From the human T2T-CHM13v2.0 reference genome, Homo sapiens, in the NCBI RefSeq assembly GCF_009914755.1, contig NC_060941.1: 64,000 bases of DNA, one strand, 5' to 3'. Below the pieces are notes generated by a model, which had not been told where the DNA came from, searched no databases, and was given only the letters and a program-made list of their open reading frames with translations. Every line of letters starts with the position of its first letter. Position 1 is the stretch's first letter. This document shows, piece by piece, positions 20,826 to 54,822 of this stretch. Both the position numbers and the translations under genes were made by a program.

Positions 20826-21384
20826 CCAAGAGCAAAACTGAGTTTTATGTAACTTCTAGAATGTAGAATGAGTTTGATTTTGTAAGGCTGTGAAAGGTAA
20901 ATTAATCTTGAGGCCACACACAGTGCTAAGGGAGCCTTTTCAAGAACTGTGTGACTGGAAACAATGAAACCCATTGCTGAAGGCCATAAAATCACCTATG
21001 CCCACCCAACCCCACGCCAGCCTCAGCGACCTCATATTGCATGGAGCTCTTTCTTTATAAATGTTTGCCTAAGGTGATTCCTATGTGTTTCAAAGGGTCT
21101 GACGTTTCATTAGCAGGGACAGTGCAACTTTTCACAGGAAGTCAGCTGGACATAAGACAGCAGGCCATTCACTCAGAACCATCGGATGCGAAGGCAAACT
21201 GAGGACGCGATTCAGCTGAGCTCGGCTTGTCCCTTTCACTTCCAAGTGTCACCAGTGAGGGGCACGCATTACTTGAGACAAACGACAAAGTGGACTTTTG
21301 GAAGAGTGGAACTGCAAATCAAAAAATCAAAGAGTAGCAATTTGGGGGCCACAACTATCCCCCCATCCCAGAAGCTCGCCTCAC

Positions 21385-21517
21385 CCAGGTTGTGCCGCTT
21401 CGCCTTCGCATGCTCGTGAATATGCTTCTTTGTGAAACAGCCGAAGAAGACACAGTAGAGGCAGGAATGCAGCCTGTTGAGGTGGACGCCACAGACATGG
21501 CAGATACAGGACTTGGC
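21385..21517 (-). CDS. USP22: USP22 exon 2 (133 nt, ZnF-UBP: AKSCICHVC...KRHNL)
   Basis: Acceptor tttcag|GCC and donor G|GTGAGG; Cys/His-rich zinc-finger segment seen in ORF 21269..21643. Confidence 0.97.
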
Positions 21518-22439
21518 CTGAAATTCAGAGAAGAGGAGGAGTGAACGCTGTGTGATAAGACAGGGGTGCTCAGAGGAAACAGTCAAGCAAAGCATCCCCC
21601 CGAGACAGCTACTGGAAGAAAGGACAGGGAATTCCATCTTCAAGGCTTACTACTCTAGAGGATCAGTTTAATCCTTTCAGTTCCCCCAAACAGGACTTCA
21701 TTCAGATGAAAACTAGCTCCCCATAGGAAAACTCCGTCCACAACTTCAACTGCCAAAACCCTGTAAGCTACGGGGATGTTCCCCCACCTCCTGCTCCTGA
21801 TCCTGATGGGCACCCCAAGCCCAGCTCCCATCCCCACTGCAGGCCAGCAACTCACACCTAGTCACCCTTAACCTGGACATCATTTCAGATTTGCAAATCC
21901 AGGTTCCAGGACCACAGCAAATTTAGAAGCCAACAAGAAAAAGGGAGGGAGACATGAATCAAAGCAATGTACAGAAGAAAGAAAAAGGAGCAGGGCATTA
22001 CCAAGAAACAGACCTCACAAACCTGAAATGTTAATCACGGCAATGATGAGCACAGTGGTAAACAACCGTTACACCCCCAACCACCCAGGAGTGCCACTGA
22101 CTCACAATACTAACGGGACGTGTGAACAGGGACAGCCGCCACTGGCAATAGTTGCACAATTCGAGCACAGAAATGAGTAAGAGGAATTATTTATACTGAG
22201 TTTTAAAAGAATCCGTAAGTCCAGATTGATAAACATATACACCTACTATGTACCCATCAGATTTTTTAAAAAAGAAATTAATACTATACAAACACAAAGT
22301 CTTCTTCGCAGGAGAATTCCATCTAATAAATATCGTAAAAAGACAAAAATACAAGATCTTCATTTTATGCTTATCATAGTAGTAACTAATTCAGGCAAGA
22401 ATCATCAGTAGATGTTAGAACCACTGGGTAAAAAAATAC

Positions 22440-22870
22440 TGTGTCATTCACAACTGTGAAAATAGTAGAAAAGGTCCATATAGTCATCAACAGATGAGTG
22501 GATGAACAAACTGTAGCATATACACAATGGAATATTAATTACTCCACCACAGAAAGGAGTGAAGTACTGACACATGCTACAGTGCAGACTAGCCTTGAAA
22601 ATATCATGCTAAGTGAAGGAAGCCAGAAACAAAGGGTCACGTATTCTATGAGTCTATTTACATGAAATACTCAGGATAGATAAATCCACCAACACAACTC
22701 AGGACGTTGCCAGGGGCTGGGGACAGGGAGAACAAGGAACAAATAAAAACATTTTCAAATTTGATACAGGTAAGGCAGTGACTGCACAGCAGTGTAAACC
22801 ACGAAATGTTGCTGAATGATTCCTCTAAAACAGTCAACTGTATTATGTGAATTTCACCTGGATTAAAAAA
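22440..22870 (+). mobile_element. L1MB-like 3' fragment
   Basis: catcaacagatgagtggatgaacaaactgt...gaagtactgacacatgctac...tgtgaatttcacct. Confidence 0.7.
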
Positions 22871-22889
22871 ATATATTAAGTTACATAAA

Positions 22890-23210
22890 CAATTGTCCCT
22901 CGGTATCTAGGAATTGATTCCAGGATCCCCTCAGGTACCAAACTCCATGGATACTCAAGTCCCTGATACAAAATGTACTTGCAAATAACCTATGCACATC
23001 CTCCCATAAACTTTCAATCATCTCTAGATTACTTACAATACCTAATACAAAGTAGATGCTATGCAAACAGTGGTTATAATATATTGTTTCAGGAATAATG
23101 ACATGAGAAAAAGTCTGTACATGTTCAGTACTGATGCACCTATCCCTTTTTTCCCCCAAATATCTTTGATTTGTGGTTGGTTGAACCCACAGAGGTGGAA
23201 CTCAGGCCGC
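22890..23210 (+). mobile_element. MER2-like Tigger DNA transposon
   Basis: gtccctcggtatc...ctcaagtccctgata...tctctagattacttacaatacctaatacaa matches recalled MER2. Confidence 0.75.
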
Positions 23211-23211
23211 T

Positions 23212-23246
<35 letters not shown>

Positions 23247-23253
23247 ATGTATG
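23211..23253. repeat. (TG)n/(TATG)n compound microsatellite
   Basis: Direct read. Confidence 0.9.
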
Positions 23254-24262
23254 CATGCACACGTGTACTTGTGTATTGAGGCAATAGATATATACAGTTT
23301 CAGAGTATCACTCCAGAGACTACTTCAGTCAATTAAACGGGAAAAGATTACCTCTACAACAAAGAACTCTGGCCAACGCCACCCTAACCAAACTTATCCC
23401 CACCACAGAGCAGGCAAGTGCAGAGAACAACATGGCGGCGCCTGTGGCGTGCTCAGACCAACACGACCCATCTGGAACCTGCTCCTGAGAAGTAGGGAGG
23501 TATGTCCAAATTGAAGGACTTCTGCAAAATGACTGACCTGAGCTCTTCAAAAACATTAATGTAATGAAAGAAAAATAGGCTAGGAATTTCTAGATGAACC
23601 AAATCTAAAGACACATGAAATCAAATGCAATCCATGATCTTGGATTGAATCCTATACGCCAATTTTTAAAGGCATAAAGGATATTATTGGAACAATTCAG
23701 GTATTTAAAGTTGGACAATGTATGTTAGATAGTACTATTTGAAAAATTAAACTGAGTGTGATAACTGTATTGCGCTTATGTAGGAGACTGTCCCAGTTCT
23801 TAGGAGGTAAACTACCATGATGTCTACAGTCAGCCCTCAGATGATTCAGAAAAAGGTACAGACATAAAACCAGTTAGCAAGAAGCTAACAATTGATGAAT
23901 CCATATAAATGTATACAATATTCATTTTAGCATTCTTGCTATTTGTTGTAGGTTTCTTATTTTCCAAATAAATGGATAGAAGACAACTATTAAATTGAAC
24001 ACATGTACCCTACAGCCTAACGCTTCAATTCATAGGTTTATACGCAACCAAAGACACGTACAAGGACTTTTGTAGCATTATTACTTGCAACACCGCAGAG
24101 CTGAAAATACAAATGTTCATGACTTGTAAAAAGAATAAACTATACTACAGTTAATTGAGTAAAGTACACAGCAATGAAAAGGAACTTATGATATACTCAG
24201 CAGCGTGGATGAATCTCAGAAACCTAACACTGAACAAAACAACTAAACACAACAAGCTCCTG

Positions 24263-24646
24263 CTGTGCTACACACTCCATTATAGTCTATCTCTACTACA
24301 CAACCTAGGACTGTGCTACACACTCCATTATAGTCTCTCTCTACTACACAACCTAGGACTATGCTACACACTCCATTATAGTCTATCTCTACTACACAAC
24401 CTAGGACTGTGCTACACACTCCATTATAGTCTCTCTCTACTACACAACCTAGGACTGTGCTACACACTCCATTATAGTCTCTCTCTACTACACAACCTAG
24501 GACTGTGCTACACACTCCATTATAGTCTCTCTCTACTACACAACCTAGGACTGTGCTACACACTCCATTATAGTCTATCTCTACTACACAACCTAGGACT
24601 GTGCTACACACTCCATTATGGTCTATCTCTACTACACAACCTAGGA
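24263..24646. repeat. Minisatellite, 48-bp unit x 8
   Basis: Unit CTGTGCTACACACTCCATTATAGTCT(A/C)TCTCTACTACACAACCTAGGA; units start at 24263, 24311 ... 24599. Confidence 0.98.
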
Positions 24647-24831
24647 TGCTCCCCTGCACGGGTTTACCAATCACCAGGGAAGACACATTTTACAGGCCTT
24701 ATGGAGCCAACACAGCTAAGAGACAGCTTCTCCAACATTATTCAAGCAGCCAACCAACAAGACAACTGGCGCTAAATACAGAAAACAGCTGTCTCTGACA
24801 TACTGATAAAACCTCAATCTTATGTCTGGTA

Positions 24832-25180
24832 TAGTCACACACCACATAGCAATGTTTCAGTGAATGACAGGCTGCATGTACAATGGCGGTCCCAGAAGAT
24901 TATAGTATCATATTTTTACTGTAACCTTCTCTATGTTTAGCTATAGAAACACAAATGCTTACAACCGTCTTTCAACTGCCTACAGTGTTCAGTACGGTAC
25001 GTGCTGTACAGGTTTGCTGCCTAGGAGCAACAGGCTCCATCTCACACAGCCTGGGTGTGCAGCAGGCTGTACCATCTAGCTTTGTGTTAAGTCACTCCAT
25101 GATGTTCACACAAAGACAAAATCGCCTAACAATGCATTTCTCAGAATGTATCCTGTTGTTAAACAATGCCAACACTGCAT
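24832..25180 (-). mobile_element. Tigger3a (MER7A)-like DNA transposon
   Basis: Reverse complement follows the recalled consensus (ttctgagaaatgcattgttaggcgatttt...gctcctaggcagcaaacctgtacagc). Confidence 0.75.
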
Positions 25181-25299
25181 TATTATTTTTCCCCAATCTA
25201 CACTGTGGAACAGCACGTCCATTGATAATACTGTATCAGATTTAAATGTAACAGAGGCAGACACAGGAGTAAGGTAGCACATGTCTTCCAGTGTCTGGA

Positions 25300-25442
25300 G
25301 GAGGCCAGGAATAGCCTCTGGAGTGGCTACCCTGCAAACACTTTATTTTGGACGTCCAGTCTCATAATTTGAGATGAAATTTCTGTTGTTCTAAGTTAAT
25401 CGGTTTGTGGTGGTTTGTTACAGCAGGCCCGGTCACTCACAT
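25300..25442 (+). mobile_element. MLT1 3' fragment
   Basis: ttctgttgttctaag...tttgtggtggtttgttacagcagg motif. Confidence 0.6.
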
Positions 25443-25501
25443 GGGGTTCACATTCATTTTTATTCTATCTCCTTTCACAGCACTGTAAAGTAGAAAACAC
25501 A

Positions 25502-30830
<5,329 letters not shown>

Positions 30831-30985
30831 ATGTTTACATTTTAGATCTTTTACTTAGACCCCACTTAGTATGAATGGTGTAATGTTTTGTTGTGATGAT
30901 TTGAAAGATCCAGTTCACTATAAAATAAAAAGTAAATTCCTCAAAGAAACAAAGTTTTAAAGTATACTTTTAAAATAGCACATAT

Positions 30986-34463
<3,478 letters not shown>

Positions 34464-35169
34464 TTACTGCTTAACATACCCTACAATCTCAGCGAGCCTG
34501 TTGGTATTCCCATAAATAAAAAAATGCCACTCAAGGTGGAAACTGCCCTCACAACTCCCAATCTCGGATTGTAATCTACAAAAGCGCGTGAAACTGTAAA
34601 AATAAACTTTATTCACATAGAAGAATCACGTTACGTTTTGATTTCCAAACCCTTACCAAGCCTAACTGCGGGACGCAAGACTGGGCTCCCCGAGGGGACT
34701 CACTCCTGGTTAAGGCCTCCCACAGCCCACGGCGCGCTTCCAAGTCTACTCCTCAGCCGCAACGCAAACCCGGGCTGTGGCTCCGCACCCACAGGCTCGC
34801 CCCGGCCCCAGCCCCTGCCGCCCTCCACCTCCAGCTCCTCGCGGGCCCCGAGGCAGCCGCGAAGCTCCGGCCCCGCGCCCCCCAGCCCGCCTCCTGCCCC
34901 AGCTCCCGTCCAAGGTCGCTCCTGGCGGCGGGTGACCGCTGCAGACCAACGCCCAGAACTCGACAGCCCCCCATCCTTTACTCATTTTTTTGAAATATTT
35001 CTTTCTCTGCACCCGCATCCAGCCCCGAACCCTCCAGAACCAGGAGAGTTCCCCGCAAGGACCTCGCGCAGGAACGCCCGGGACCGCCCACCGAAGTCCC
35101 AGGCTCCCCAGGCAGCAGGGCAGGAGAACACCACCCCCGGCCCGGAAGCACTCGCCCCTCCCGGGCCAA

Positions 35170-35435
35170 GAAGGATAAGGGAGGGGGAGGGCGGAGAGAA
35201 AGGAGGGGGAGGGGACAGAGAGGAGGGGGAGGGGACAGAGAGGAGGGGGAGGGAAAGGAAGAATGGGGGAAGGGGGGAGAGGGGAAGGATAGGAAGATGA
35301 GGAGATAAGGGAAGGGAGAGAGTTGAGGGGGGAAGGAAAGGAGGGGGAAGGGGTAAAGAGAAGAGAGGGCAGAAGGAGAGAGGAAGAGGAAGGACAGGGA
35401 AAGGCAACGGGGGAAGGGAAGAGGGCAGGAAAAGG
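35170..35435 (+). repeat. Polypurine (GA-rich) low-complexity tract at the start of intron 1
   Basis: About 260 nt almost entirely G/A with many G-runs. Confidence 0.9.
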
Positions 35436-35507
35436 GCCCCTCCGCCGGCCGGCCTCAGGAGCGGCAGAAGGCCCCGAGCCCGCCGCGCGGTGGGCTGCCG
35501 GGCGCAC

Positions 35508-35678
35508 CTTGCGCTTGCGGGCCTCAGCCGTGCCGCTCCACACGAAGCACTGGTAGATGGCCCGCAGGTTCTGCTTCCAGTTGTCCACCTTGAAGCTGCC
35601 CAGGTGCGAGCAGCCCGGCGGCGCTACCGCCAGCTCGGCGTCCATGGCCTCGCCCTCGGGCTCTGGCCGGGACACCAT
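35508..35678 (-). CDS. USP22: USP22 coding exon 1 (171 nt, M1-K57)
   Basis: ATG at 35678-35676; translates [26 protein letters not shown]...EARKRK; donor AAG|GTGCGC, phase 0. Confidence 0.97.
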
Positions 35679-35928
35679 GGGGGGCAAGGCCCGGCCGCGC
35701 GCGGGGGGCGGCGGCGAGGGAGGCGAGGACGACGCCAGCGCGGCGTGGGGGCTGCTCGGCGGCTGGCCAGGCTGGCCAAGGCCCGGGCGCCGAGAACAAA
35801 GCGCGGAGGCCGGACAAAGATGGGGCTGCGCGATCGCCGAGGGGAGGCTGCAAGGCAGGCACCGCCCCCGAGCTGCGGCTGCTGCGGACCGCCTGCGCTG
35901 CGCTCTCGCGGTTCGCGGAGGGTGTCGC

Positions 35929-35966
35929 GGGGCGGGGCGCCGCGGCCGCGGACGGAGATTACGTCA
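35929..35966 (-). promoter_or_regulatory. Proximal GC box (GGGGCGGGGC, 35929-35938) and CRE/ATF-type site (TGACGTAA on minus, 35959-35966)
   Basis: Direct motif matches just upstream of the 5' UTR; no TATA box seen. Confidence 0.7.
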
Positions 35967-36126
35967 CCCCCCCCCTCCTCCCGGCCGGCACCGCACTGCG
36001 CAGTCTCCAGCCCGCGCCAGGCCCTTCCCCCACACTCGCGCGCCCGTTAGGCTCTGGGTAGACCCGCGCCCGAGGAAGCGTGGTAGGGGGGGGAAGCTAA
36101 CGAGGGCCCGCCCCTCCCCTTCCTTT

Positions 36127-36323
36127 ATTGGTCGTCGGCCACCCCCCCCCCCCCCCGGCACCTTCGGCTATTGTCATAGGCTCTCAGTATAGTCCGTCTG
36201 GTACAGAGCCGCCTCCCGGGACCCTGGCGGCTAGACGTTCCCTGTCTCTTCCAGAGGACTGGGGAGGCGGGGGCGTGCTGCGGTTGGGCGGCGCGAGACG
36301 TCAGTCCTAGCACTGAACCGGTT
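36127..36323. promoter_or_regulatory. CCAAT box (ATTGG 36127-36131), C15 run (36142-36156), CRE-like GACGTCA (~36297-36303), GRHL-type palindrome AACCGGTT (36316-36323)
   Basis: Motif matches only; occupancy unknown. Confidence 0.45.
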
Positions 36324-36466
36324 TGCGCCGGCCTGAGCTCTGCCGCAAAGAGGCGGGGCGATGAGCTGGAGCGCCGCAGGTCGGGCCTCCATCCAGGGCC
36401 TGCGCTTTCCCACCCAAAAGCACCCCCTAATCGGGAGCTGTTTGCAGGGCCCCCGGTTGCCGTAAC

Positions 36467-36601
36467 CTGGCTCGGGCCCTGCAGTGCCGTGGCCCGGGGC
36501 TGGAACTGCCTGCCAACTGCCTGGTAGGCGCTGCCCCCGGCCGCAAGCTGGGGCGCCTCCTGTCGGGAGCCCGCTGATAGTGAGGGCCAACCCGGCGCCA
36601 T
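36467..36601 (-). CDS. USP22: USP22 alternative first coding exon (45 aa, MAPGWPSLSAGSRQEAPQLAAGGSAYQAVGRQFQPRATALQGPSQ)
   Basis: ATG at 36601; phase-0 donor CAG|GTTACG compatible with exon 2. 45 aa plus the recalled 468 downstream aa gives 513 aa, matching my recollection of an annotated isoform 2. Confidence 0.7.
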
Positions 36602-36855
36602 CCAGTTTAAAGAGGCATCTGCGCGCCACACGCCTGACACTTCACATTTGCTAGTGGCTACATTTTTCTAATGAAAAAAGAAAGTTACAGTAATATATCT
36701 CAACCCAATAAAGTCAAATTATTTCAGCATGTAGGCAGTATTGCAAAATCGTTAGTGGAATGTTTTACAGTTTTTGCAGCAAGTCTTGGAAATCTGGTAT
36801 TTACACTTAAAGCACATCCAATTCCTACTAGCTGCTACCGCAGTGGGCGGCACAG
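36593..36855 (+). mobile_element. MER33-like hAT-Charlie DNA transposon at the upstream edge of the CpG island
   Basis: Colinear with recalled MER33 consensus (gccaca...ctagtggctacatt...aagtcttggaaatctgg...tttacacttaaagcacatc...gctaccg...cacag). Confidence 0.7.
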
Positions 36856-37499
36856 GTCTAATCGGTATACAAATAACTGACCCAAGGCAAACTGAGAAGA
36901 CATTTAAAGACGAATGCAAACGAAGTTCTGGGGGAACCAGGGCGCCAAGGGTCTGGGGGAACTTGGATAAGGTGTCAGGTGTGGAGCTGCTCCCCTGTAC
37001 TCATCCCGCTGCTAACTGCTTTGCTCATTCATTCATCCACAGATTGCAGGAAACAGCAATTGCCGTCCAGAACCATCACAAGTTAAAAAATAAAGATTGT
37101 GATCTCACAACACTTAAAGCTACAGGGTTTAATGGACTGACGACTGGGATAAAGCTTTTGTGGCCAAGACAAATTGCCGAGCACAGGTTTTTGCCTCATG
37201 GCCTTCGTGCTTGCAGTACCCTCTCCCTAAAATGCTTTCCCTACCCCCTCACCCTCTGCATCCTTATATTCCATGTCTGATGCTCGCTCACCTCCTTCCA
37301 GCTTTATCACACACCTCCTTTTCCGTGAAAAGGAAAATTGCCACCCTAATGAAAATTGCAAGCCCCCCAAAATTCTCCATTCCCTTACCCTGCTTTGTTT
37401 TTCTCCAAAGAATTTATCACTATCTGGCGTAATGAATATTTACTTATTTTTTTTATTGTCTCTTCCCTTAATAGCATGAAAAATTACGAGAGGGTAATC

Positions 37500-45890
<8,391 letters not shown>

Positions 45891-45914
45891 AAAACTGAAT
45901 CAAGAATCAGTTTC

Positions 45915-46060
45915 TCAATTTCAATTTCAATTAACTAAAATTAAATAAAATTAAACATTCAGTTCCTCAGTCATGCTAGTCAGATTTGAAGTGCTCAGCA
46001 GCCACATGTGGCTAGCTACTACTATATCAGACATGACAGATGTGAAAACATTTGCATATC
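45915..46060. mobile_element. MER3-like DNA transposon fragment interrupted by two Alus
   Basis: gtgctcagcagccacatgtggctag core. Confidence 0.6.
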
Positions 46061-52489
<6,429 letters not shown>

Positions 52490-52490
<1 letters not shown>

Positions 52491-52491
52491 A

Positions 52492-52562
<71 letters not shown>
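52490..52562. repeat. (AAAG)n tetranucleotide repeat derived from an Alu tail
   Basis: About 17 units directly after an Alu 3' end. Confidence 0.95.
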
Positions 52563-52564
<2 letters not shown>

Positions 52565-52626
52565 GCTTTTGTTTAAGCAGAAAAGGACACCATTGCTGGG
52601 TGCAGTGACTCAGCCTATAATCCCAA

Positions 52627-54822
52627 TATTACAGGATCCTTGAGTGTCACTTCAGCAGCCAGAAACCTCTGTGGCCAGTGGCACCTTTGTCCAAGTTTTG
52701 CTCTGGCCTGTTTGGGCTCATTCTGCCCACTCGGCCTGGCAGGCTGTGCTCAGCTTGCGCTACTGGCTTAGATCTCATACTTGCCAAGGGTGAGCCAGGT
52801 GAGGAGCGGCAAGGGGTGTGTGAGCAAGCATGGGGCCCGGCCACTGTGCACAGCCAGGCACGCCGGTTATGGCCAGGCAGGCAGTTCTAGGCACCTGTAC
52901 AGGCACCAGCTTCCTGCGAGGCTGTGGCTAGACCAGGCATACCATAAGCAACTTCCACAGCTGACACTGAGGAACACAGTGGTGCCTGGAAGCTTGGAGA
53001 CACCAGGAACCACAGAGCCATAAAGGGGGAGGCACAACCCTGGCTCAGGGAGCTCCTAGGTCTGGGTTCCCCAAAGGGCCACAGCTCTTCTCTCCTCTCT
53101 TTTTTTCTCCTTGTCACCCATAACATGGCAAGCAAGGGGTGTGTTTCAGCCCTGTTTGTGTTACAGCTCTCTTAGCCCTGCAATTTAGCAGGTCCTGAGT
53201 TCTTGTCCTGTGTCCGGGAAGAATGAAGTACTCAGATAAGTGAAGGGTGAGCAAGATGAAGAGGAGCTTTATTGAGCAATGGAACAGCTCAGAGGAGAGC
53301 CACGGTGAGTAGCTCCTCTCCGTAGCCAGGGTGTCCCAGTGAGTGTTCAGCCCTTAATAGAGAGGGTAGCTCCTCTCTCCTAGGCAGGTCGTCCCGATGA
53401 GTACTTAGCGCTCAGTAGAGAGGGTAGCTCCCCCGCAGAGAAGGTTGTCTTGTCATTTCCCTGCTCTCAGCAGAGAGGAGACCTTAGAGTGGGTAGCTCC
53501 TCTCCACAGCTGGCAGTCCCGACATCTCTTCTGGTCTGGCTAAGTCCAGGGTTTTTATGGGCCTCAGAAGGGAGGAAGCACATGCCAATTGGTCCATGGG
53601 CAGCCATGGGTAGGCCCAGAAAAAGCACCACAAGTTCCCATTCCAGTCCACAGGACCAGCAGCCCAGCCCCCGGGCTTCAGGCCCTCCCTAGCTTGAAGT
53701 TGGGGCTTCACTGGGGACCCGTCGCCTTCCACCCTGGGGCCTGTATGCCTCCTGCTGCCATTCATGAAGCCTAGGCTGTTCATGCCAAAGGGTGCCTGCA
53801 GACCAGCACCAAGCTGCCCTCAGCCCACTGTCAGCCTCCTTCCCATGCTCATCAGTGCCCAAGTCCAGAGGGGGCTGAGGTGGCAGGGGGCTGGTATGTC
53901 AGTGCTGCCCTGAGTGTGTGCACACCTGGCTGGTCTGTGACAGTGCCCAGGCTCAGCCCCATCCTTGCTTCAAGATTGTAGTGGGTGCCAGGAGCAGGGA
54001 GAGGCCAGATAGTGGGAGCAGACACTCCCAGCATGTGGGAGGAAGGGGGGCCATCCTGGTCCCCAAGAGTGCAGAGATGCCTGGGTCCTCAGCCACGGCT
54101 TGGGCAGCTGCAGCTGCCCCCAGGAGGGTAGGGCTCCTGCCTGCTTCCAGCCCCCAAGAGTACAGGGAGGCCAGGGTCCCTAGCTGTGACTTGGGCTGCT
54201 GCAGCTGTGCTTGGGAGGGTGGGGCTCTTCTGCTTCTGGCTCCTCCCAGTACCATGGAGCATGGCACTGCCCTGGGTCCAGCTCCGCCTAGGAGCCCCTT
54301 TCTGCCCGTCCCTCCGTGCTCTACCGTGCTGCTCCCCCACTGGCAGGCAACTCAGCCTGGCCCCATCTTGGTGGCTCCCAGGGTGGCCGGCTTTGGAGGG
54401 CTCCCAGGGGTGGGCTCCAAGGACTGCTCACCTCCTCTCTGTGTTTTCCCTGCAGTGGTGGCAGGTGAGGTGCAGGTGGCAGGGCGACCCTGGCCAACCC
54501 CGCACAAATGAACCTGATGCTCTCAGGGCTGGCCCTGAAAGCCCCAGCTGTGCCTTTGGCTCGGTGCTCACGGGCTCCCGGGATGTGGTGGGGAGCGAGG
54601 TTGAAGCCACAGCAGAGGCTCTGGGCCTGGGAGAGCGTCCTGCCTGGCTATGTGAGGGTGGGGATGATGCCATTGGCTGCCTCTGAGATGGGGCACAGGG
54701 GACCCACCACTGCCACTGCTGCTCCTGCAGCCACTCCTGCCTCCTGCCACCACTGCCTGTACCTCCCTGCTGCAGCTGGCATGATGGCAGTGGCCACTCC
54801 GGATGTCCCACTGCTGCCATCA
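52627..54822 (-). mobile_element. MER52-like (ERV1) solo LTR, ~2.2 kb
   Basis: Ends T(A/G)TTACAGGATCCTT... and ...CTGCTGCCATCA match recalled MER52 termini; 4-bp flanks CCAA/ACAA; splits an Alu monomer. Confidence 0.8.

Larger units (their letters stand above)
34640..36640. promoter_or_regulatory. CpG island / USP22 promoter
   Basis: Very high GC content and dense CpG spanning exon 1, against CpG-depleted flanks. Confidence 0.93.

Noticed and set aside
24263-24646. CRISPR-like array
   Set aside because: The units are contiguous with no unique spacers, there are no cas genes, and the context is a human intron. It is a minisatellite.
24155-24775. 206-aa (+) and 147-aa (-) repeat-protein ORFs
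   Set aside because: They are open only because the 48-bp unit is divisible by 3 and lacks a stop in one frame per strand. They have non-ATG starts and no gene context.
34746-35507. 313-aa ORF extending exon 1 into intron 1
   Set aside because: It is read-through past the donor into low-complexity, GC-rich sequence where stops are rare.
34638-36310. Long + strand ORFs (220, 186 and 211 aa) antisense to exon 1
   Set aside because: Expected in a CpG island; the products are low-complexity Pro/Arg/Gly/Ala sequence with no recognisable domain.
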